A stretch of 64,000 nucleotides of DNA from positions 24,063-88,062 of the IMG/VR virus record IMGVR_UViG_2721755586_000001. One strand, given 5' to 3'. This DNA comes from a virus. The notes under the pieces are model-generated. The model did no database searches. It was not told where the DNA came from and saw only the letters and a list, made by a program, of their open reading frames with translations. The position numbers and the translations under genes are program-made. This document shows positions 61,278-64,000 of the stretch, in pieces; within the stretch, counting starts at the first letter, position 1; every line of letters begins with the position of its first letter.

Positions 61278-61433
61278 ATGAACAATATGAAGAAATTGAT
61301 TAAAGAAAACGTTAAATTGAAAATGAAGCTGGCAGCTAACGAAGAAGCAATTTTGAAAGAGAAGGAAAAAATGAGAAACAACAAATTGATTAAAATCATG
61401 ATGAATGATCGACATGCAGGTTTAACAGTTTAG
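61278..61433 (+). CDS. Small basic coiled-coil protein (51 aa, not in track)
   Basis: RBS GAGGGAG; MNNMKKLIKENVKLKMKLAANEEAILKEKEKMRNNKLIKIMMNDRHAGLTV. Confidence 0.55.
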   Translation: MNNMKKLIKENVKLKMKLAANEEAILKEKEKMRNNKLIKIMMNDRHAGLTV

Positions 61434-61494
61434 ATGAAATCGTGATTTTAAGGAGAATGTCGCTTTTGATAAATAAAATTAAGGAGATGAGAAA

Positions 61495-61809
61495 ATGAAT
61501 ACATATGTTGTCACCGAGGAAACAGAAGGATGGCGTTACTTAGATGAAATAATAAAACAAACTATTTATGCGGGCTCAGATAAGCAATCTGCATTTGATT
61601 GCAACGTTTATACTAAAAAAAGTAGGCTTATATTAGATGTCTGGTTTAATGGACGTTTGGTTAAATCATTTAGTAGATCTTTTGAAAAAGAGTGGACATT
61701 GTTCTTTGATCAGTTAGCAATAACAAAACATGAAATTGAGGACTATAGTGAAAAATTAAGTAAAGCGCAAGATACTTTGAGATTAATCGAAGGCGCTCAA
61801 AAAATTTAA
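61495..61809 (+). CDS. Hypothetical protein
   Basis: 104 aa, RBS AAGGAG. Confidence 0.65.
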   Translation: MNTYVVTEETEGWRYLDEIIKQTIYAGSDKQSAFDCNVYTKKSRLILDVWFNGRLVKSFSRSFEKEWTLFFDQLAITKHEIEDYSEKLSKAQDTLRLIEGAQKI

Positions 61810-61851
61810 ATAAAAGATAGTTTTTATAAATATGAATGGGGGATAGATGAT

Positions 61852-62016
61852 ATGACTTTAAATGACTTATTGAAAAGAGTTTCGGAAGAAGATAAGGATA
61901 AAATGCTTTTATATACTGATGGAAAGGGTTGGGCTAATGTAAATATTCGTATCGATGACAGTAATATTTGGATTTTTGATGACGAATGCAACAGCCCATT
62001 TTCATCTGATAAATAA
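61852..62016 (+). CDS. Small hypothetical protein (54 aa, not in track)
   Basis: RBS GGGGG; MTLNDLLKRVSEEDKDKMLLYTDGKGWANVNIRIDDSNIWIFDDECNSPFSSDK. Confidence 0.6.
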   Translation: MTLNDLLKRVSEEDKDKMLLYTDGKGWANVNIRIDDSNIWIFDDECNSPFSSDK

Positions 62017-62030
62017 ACAATGAGTTTTTA

Positions 62031-62342
62031 ATGAAGGGGGTTAGTAATTTGAAAATTGAAAGTGTTGATGACTTAGATATTTTTATCAAACCTAATTCGT
62101 TAACTAATCTAATTAAAGGAAAGAAGATACGAAAAAAGTTGCTTGATAATGGGGTGAAAGTTGAGATTAAAAAAATAAAAATTCCCGTAGTAATGGAATT
62201 CACAACAACAAAAATTTCCTTTGTTTTTCATCGTCCACCCACAATTGAAAAGACAGCTATGAGTGAAATAGTTCATAGCCTTAGTGATGTCGTATGGAAA
62301 AAACATGATTGCGGTCAATGTTATGAATATGTTAATTGCTGA
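62031..62342 (+). CDS. Hypothetical protein
   Basis: ORF. The likely start is TTG (LKIESV), after AAGGGGG. Confidence 0.5.
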   Translation: MKGVSNLKIESVDDLDIFIKPNSLTNLIKGKKIRKKLLDNGVKVEIKKIKIPVVMEFTTTKISFVFHRPPTIEKTAMSEIVHSLSDVVWKKHDCGQCYEYVNC

Positions 62343-62441
62343 GTAAGAGCAGAGAATAATGAGCTAATTTAAATATAAATTTAAGCAGTATCCATAAAAG
62401 GCTTTATTAACAAGTGGCTAAGGGGTTATGTAACGGAGAGA

Positions 62442-63278
62442 TCAAGCTCTCCATGATTCGAAGGATGGTATACGGAGTTTGCCGTGCTTAGTCTTAAATC
62501 TGTGCTTAACCTTACATACAATAGGATCTATAAATACATATTTGTCAGATTCAGATTTTACTTGTTTCATAGAGTGGAATTTACTTCGTTCTTCACGTGG
62601 CATAAATTCCATAAATCCAGCTGATGATCCATCTGGATAGGAAAGAAGGAATTTTATATCTTCCTTTGTAAAGCCCGTAATGAGAACTTCGGTGTATTCA
62701 TAATTAATGACTTTAAGCCAATTGTGAGACCGTTTATTTATTTCATAAGGAGAGTCAGATCTTTTGAGTACGATTCCCTCTAAATTCTTTTCTTTGACCA
62801 GGTTGAAGTAAGCTAGTCCGTTGCCTTGAATTCCTGAGACTACAAAGACATTAGGGTGATTCAGTTCAAGCGAATAAAGAAGGTTCTTTCGCTCACTGAG
62901 CGGCTTAGCTGCAATACAAAAGCCATCTTTAAAAACAACATCAAAGATACAGTAAACAATATTATGATCTGATTTTTTGGACATGAAACGTTCCATTATA
63001 GACTCAAAGTCAGGAGCACCATTTGGATCAGCTACAATAACTTCACCATCGAGAACTGTACCATTTGGGATATCTAAATCCAAGAGCTCTGGGAATTTAC
63101 TTGTTACTTCGTTGTTATGTCGGGTGAATAGCTTTATCTGATCATTAAATTTAGAAAGAATGAGTCTTATTCCATCAAATTTAAGCTCTGTAATATAACT
63201 ATCATCATCGAATGGTTTTTTGATCGAATGCAATAACATTGGCGATACGAACAAAATATCACCTCCTACATATATCAT
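62442..63278 (-). CDS. ligB: ATP-dependent DNA ligase
   Basis: ELKFDGIR adenylation motif, LDGEV, FDVV, EGIVLKR, WLKV. The likely start is TTG at 63254, after AGGAGGTG. Confidence 0.92.
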   Translation of the reverse strand: MIYVGGDILFVSPMLLHSIKKPFDDDSYITELKFDGIRLILSKFNDQIKLFTRHNNEVTSKFPELLDLDIPNGTVLDGEVIVADPNGAPDFESIMERFMSKKSDHNIVYCIFDVVFKDGFCIAAKPLSERKNLLYSLELNHPNVFVVSGIQGNGLAYFNLVKEKNLEGIVLKRSDSPYEINKRSHNWLKVINYEYTEVLITGFTKEDIKFLLSYPDGSSAGFMEFMPREERSKFHSMKQVKSESDKYVFIDPIVCKVKHRFKTKHGKLRIPSFESWRA

Positions 63279-63388
63279 ATTAACTAAGAGACGGTGTTAT
63301 ATAAAGCGAAAGGGCAGTGGTACTTACTGGGATTGTATATGCATTAGCGATTGTGAATAATACGAAAAATTAAAAAGGAAGTGATGCA

Positions 63389-63559
63389 ATGTCTATAAAA
63401 CCACTTAAAAGAGTGATAATTAAAAGCACTGAAGATGGAATTGAGATTAGCAGATTGCCAAATAATGAAGAAATAGTTAGTAAAATCAATGAAATTGTAA
63501 GTTTTGTAAATACCTTGGATAATAAAAAAGCCGATAAGCCAATAAAAAATCTATTTTAA
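63389..63559 (+). CDS. Small hypothetical protein (56 aa, not in track)
   Basis: RBS AAGGAAGTG; MSIKPLKRVIIKSTEDGIEISRLPNNEEIVSKINEIV... Confidence 0.55.
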   Translation: MSIKPLKRVIIKSTEDGIEISRLPNNEEIVSKINEIVSFVNTLDNKKADKPIKNLF

Positions 63560-63581
63560 TAAATAAGAAACGGGTGATGCA

Positions 63582-63797
63582 ATGTCTGTAGTTGGAACTG
63601 AGCAAGTGCAGGTGTATATCGAAGGAACGTGGATTGAACAGTCATTTGAAAACTTAAAAAGTGGCCAAATATTTAAAATGCTGCATGAAGAAGGCATCGG
63701 TGTTTACACTGCGGTTAGCAACGCTTGGTACGATGAGTTATACGAGCAGTGGATGGTACATATTGAAGAAGATCACGGTGGATTAATTAGAAAATAA
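63582..63797 (+). CDS. Small hypothetical protein
   Basis: 71 aa; shares a 14-nt start context GTGATGCAATGTCT with the upstream gene. Confidence 0.6.
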   Translation: MSVVGTEQVQVYIEGTWIEQSFENLKSGQIFKMLHEEGIGVYTAVSNAWYDELYEQWMVHIEEDHGGLIRK

Positions 63798-63847
63798 CAT
63801 ATATCAATTAGATTAAAACAGAGATTTCAAACAAAATAAAAAGAAGG

Positions 63848-64000
63848 TTATTCCTCCTTTTTAAATGTATTTAAGTCTAGACTTCTCATACCGCAACTTA
63901 GACAAGCGTAATCAGAATGAGCACCAAACATATATTCTTTTCCTATCTTGATGTGATCACATTTAGGTTTACCTTGATCTTCCCACTTTTGAGAAATAGC
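63848..64000 (-). CDS. C-terminal part of a small Cys/His-rich protein (begins beyond the window)
   Basis: Open frame ...KWEDQGKPKCDH...EYMFGAHSDYACLSCG...KKEE-stop. Confidence 0.55.
   Translation of the reverse strand, partial: AISQKWEDQGKPKCDHIKIGKEYMFGAHSDYACLSCGMRSLDLNTFKKEE

Larger units (their letters stand above)
1..64000. mobile_element. SPbeta-like temperate Bacillus phage/prophage (internal segment; ends not in window)
   Basis: Gene order matches recalled SPbeta synteny: blyA, tail genes, cwlP, yomM, head genes, terminase, yonK, HU, yonO, yonT, aimRP, yopM-R, ligB. AT-rich throughout, with no host housekeeping genes. Confidence 0.96.

Noticed and set aside
63381-63591. 14-nt repeat GTGATGCAATGTCT at the starts of two adjacent small genes
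   Set aside because: Explainable as shared translation-start context or a small duplication; no further structure.
1-64000. CRISPR arrays, rRNA, IS elements, group I introns/inteins
   Set aside because: No repeat-spacer array, rRNA, transposase or interrupted reading frame was seen; the terminase, yonO and ligase frames are continuous.

Overview
The whole 64 kb window is the interior of an SPbeta-like (Spbetavirus-type) Bacillus phage/prophage. No host genes, attachment site or serine integrase are visible. The left ~37.5 kb (minus strand) is the late region: BlyA-type amidase (partial), tailspike, tail and baseplate genes, CwlP tape measure, a YomM-type tyrosine recombinase, head genes, portal, terminase, HU and the single-subunit RNA polymerase YonO. 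A ~1.1 kb hairpin-rich non-coding island there contains a 138-nt tRNA-like element. The right ~26 kb (mostly plus strand) is the early/accessory region: a winged-helix plus tubulin/FtsZ-family (TubR/TubZ-like) pair with downstream short repeats, the yonT/SR6/yoyJ type I toxin-antitoxin module, an LPD29-like protein with an orphan methyltransferase, the arbitrium locus (aimR, aimP with predicted peptide SASRGA), the sro/yopM-yopR repression operon, a Dda-like helicase, RNase HI, a YpsA/SLOG protein and ATP-dependent ligase LigB. The most unusual observations are: (1) two tandem mini-ORFs with good RBSs just upstream of aimR, encoding MIIEAIKVGG and MADIRPGG, which resemble signal-peptide-less mature arbitrium/RRNPP peptides of a different clade; (2) the TubRZ-like module; (3) the tRNA-like/structured RNA island; (4) a palindromic ATAAAA-N6-TTTTAT element recurring at gene junctions. 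All calls were made by eye from sequence, motifs and recalled SPbeta synteny; no database searches were run.
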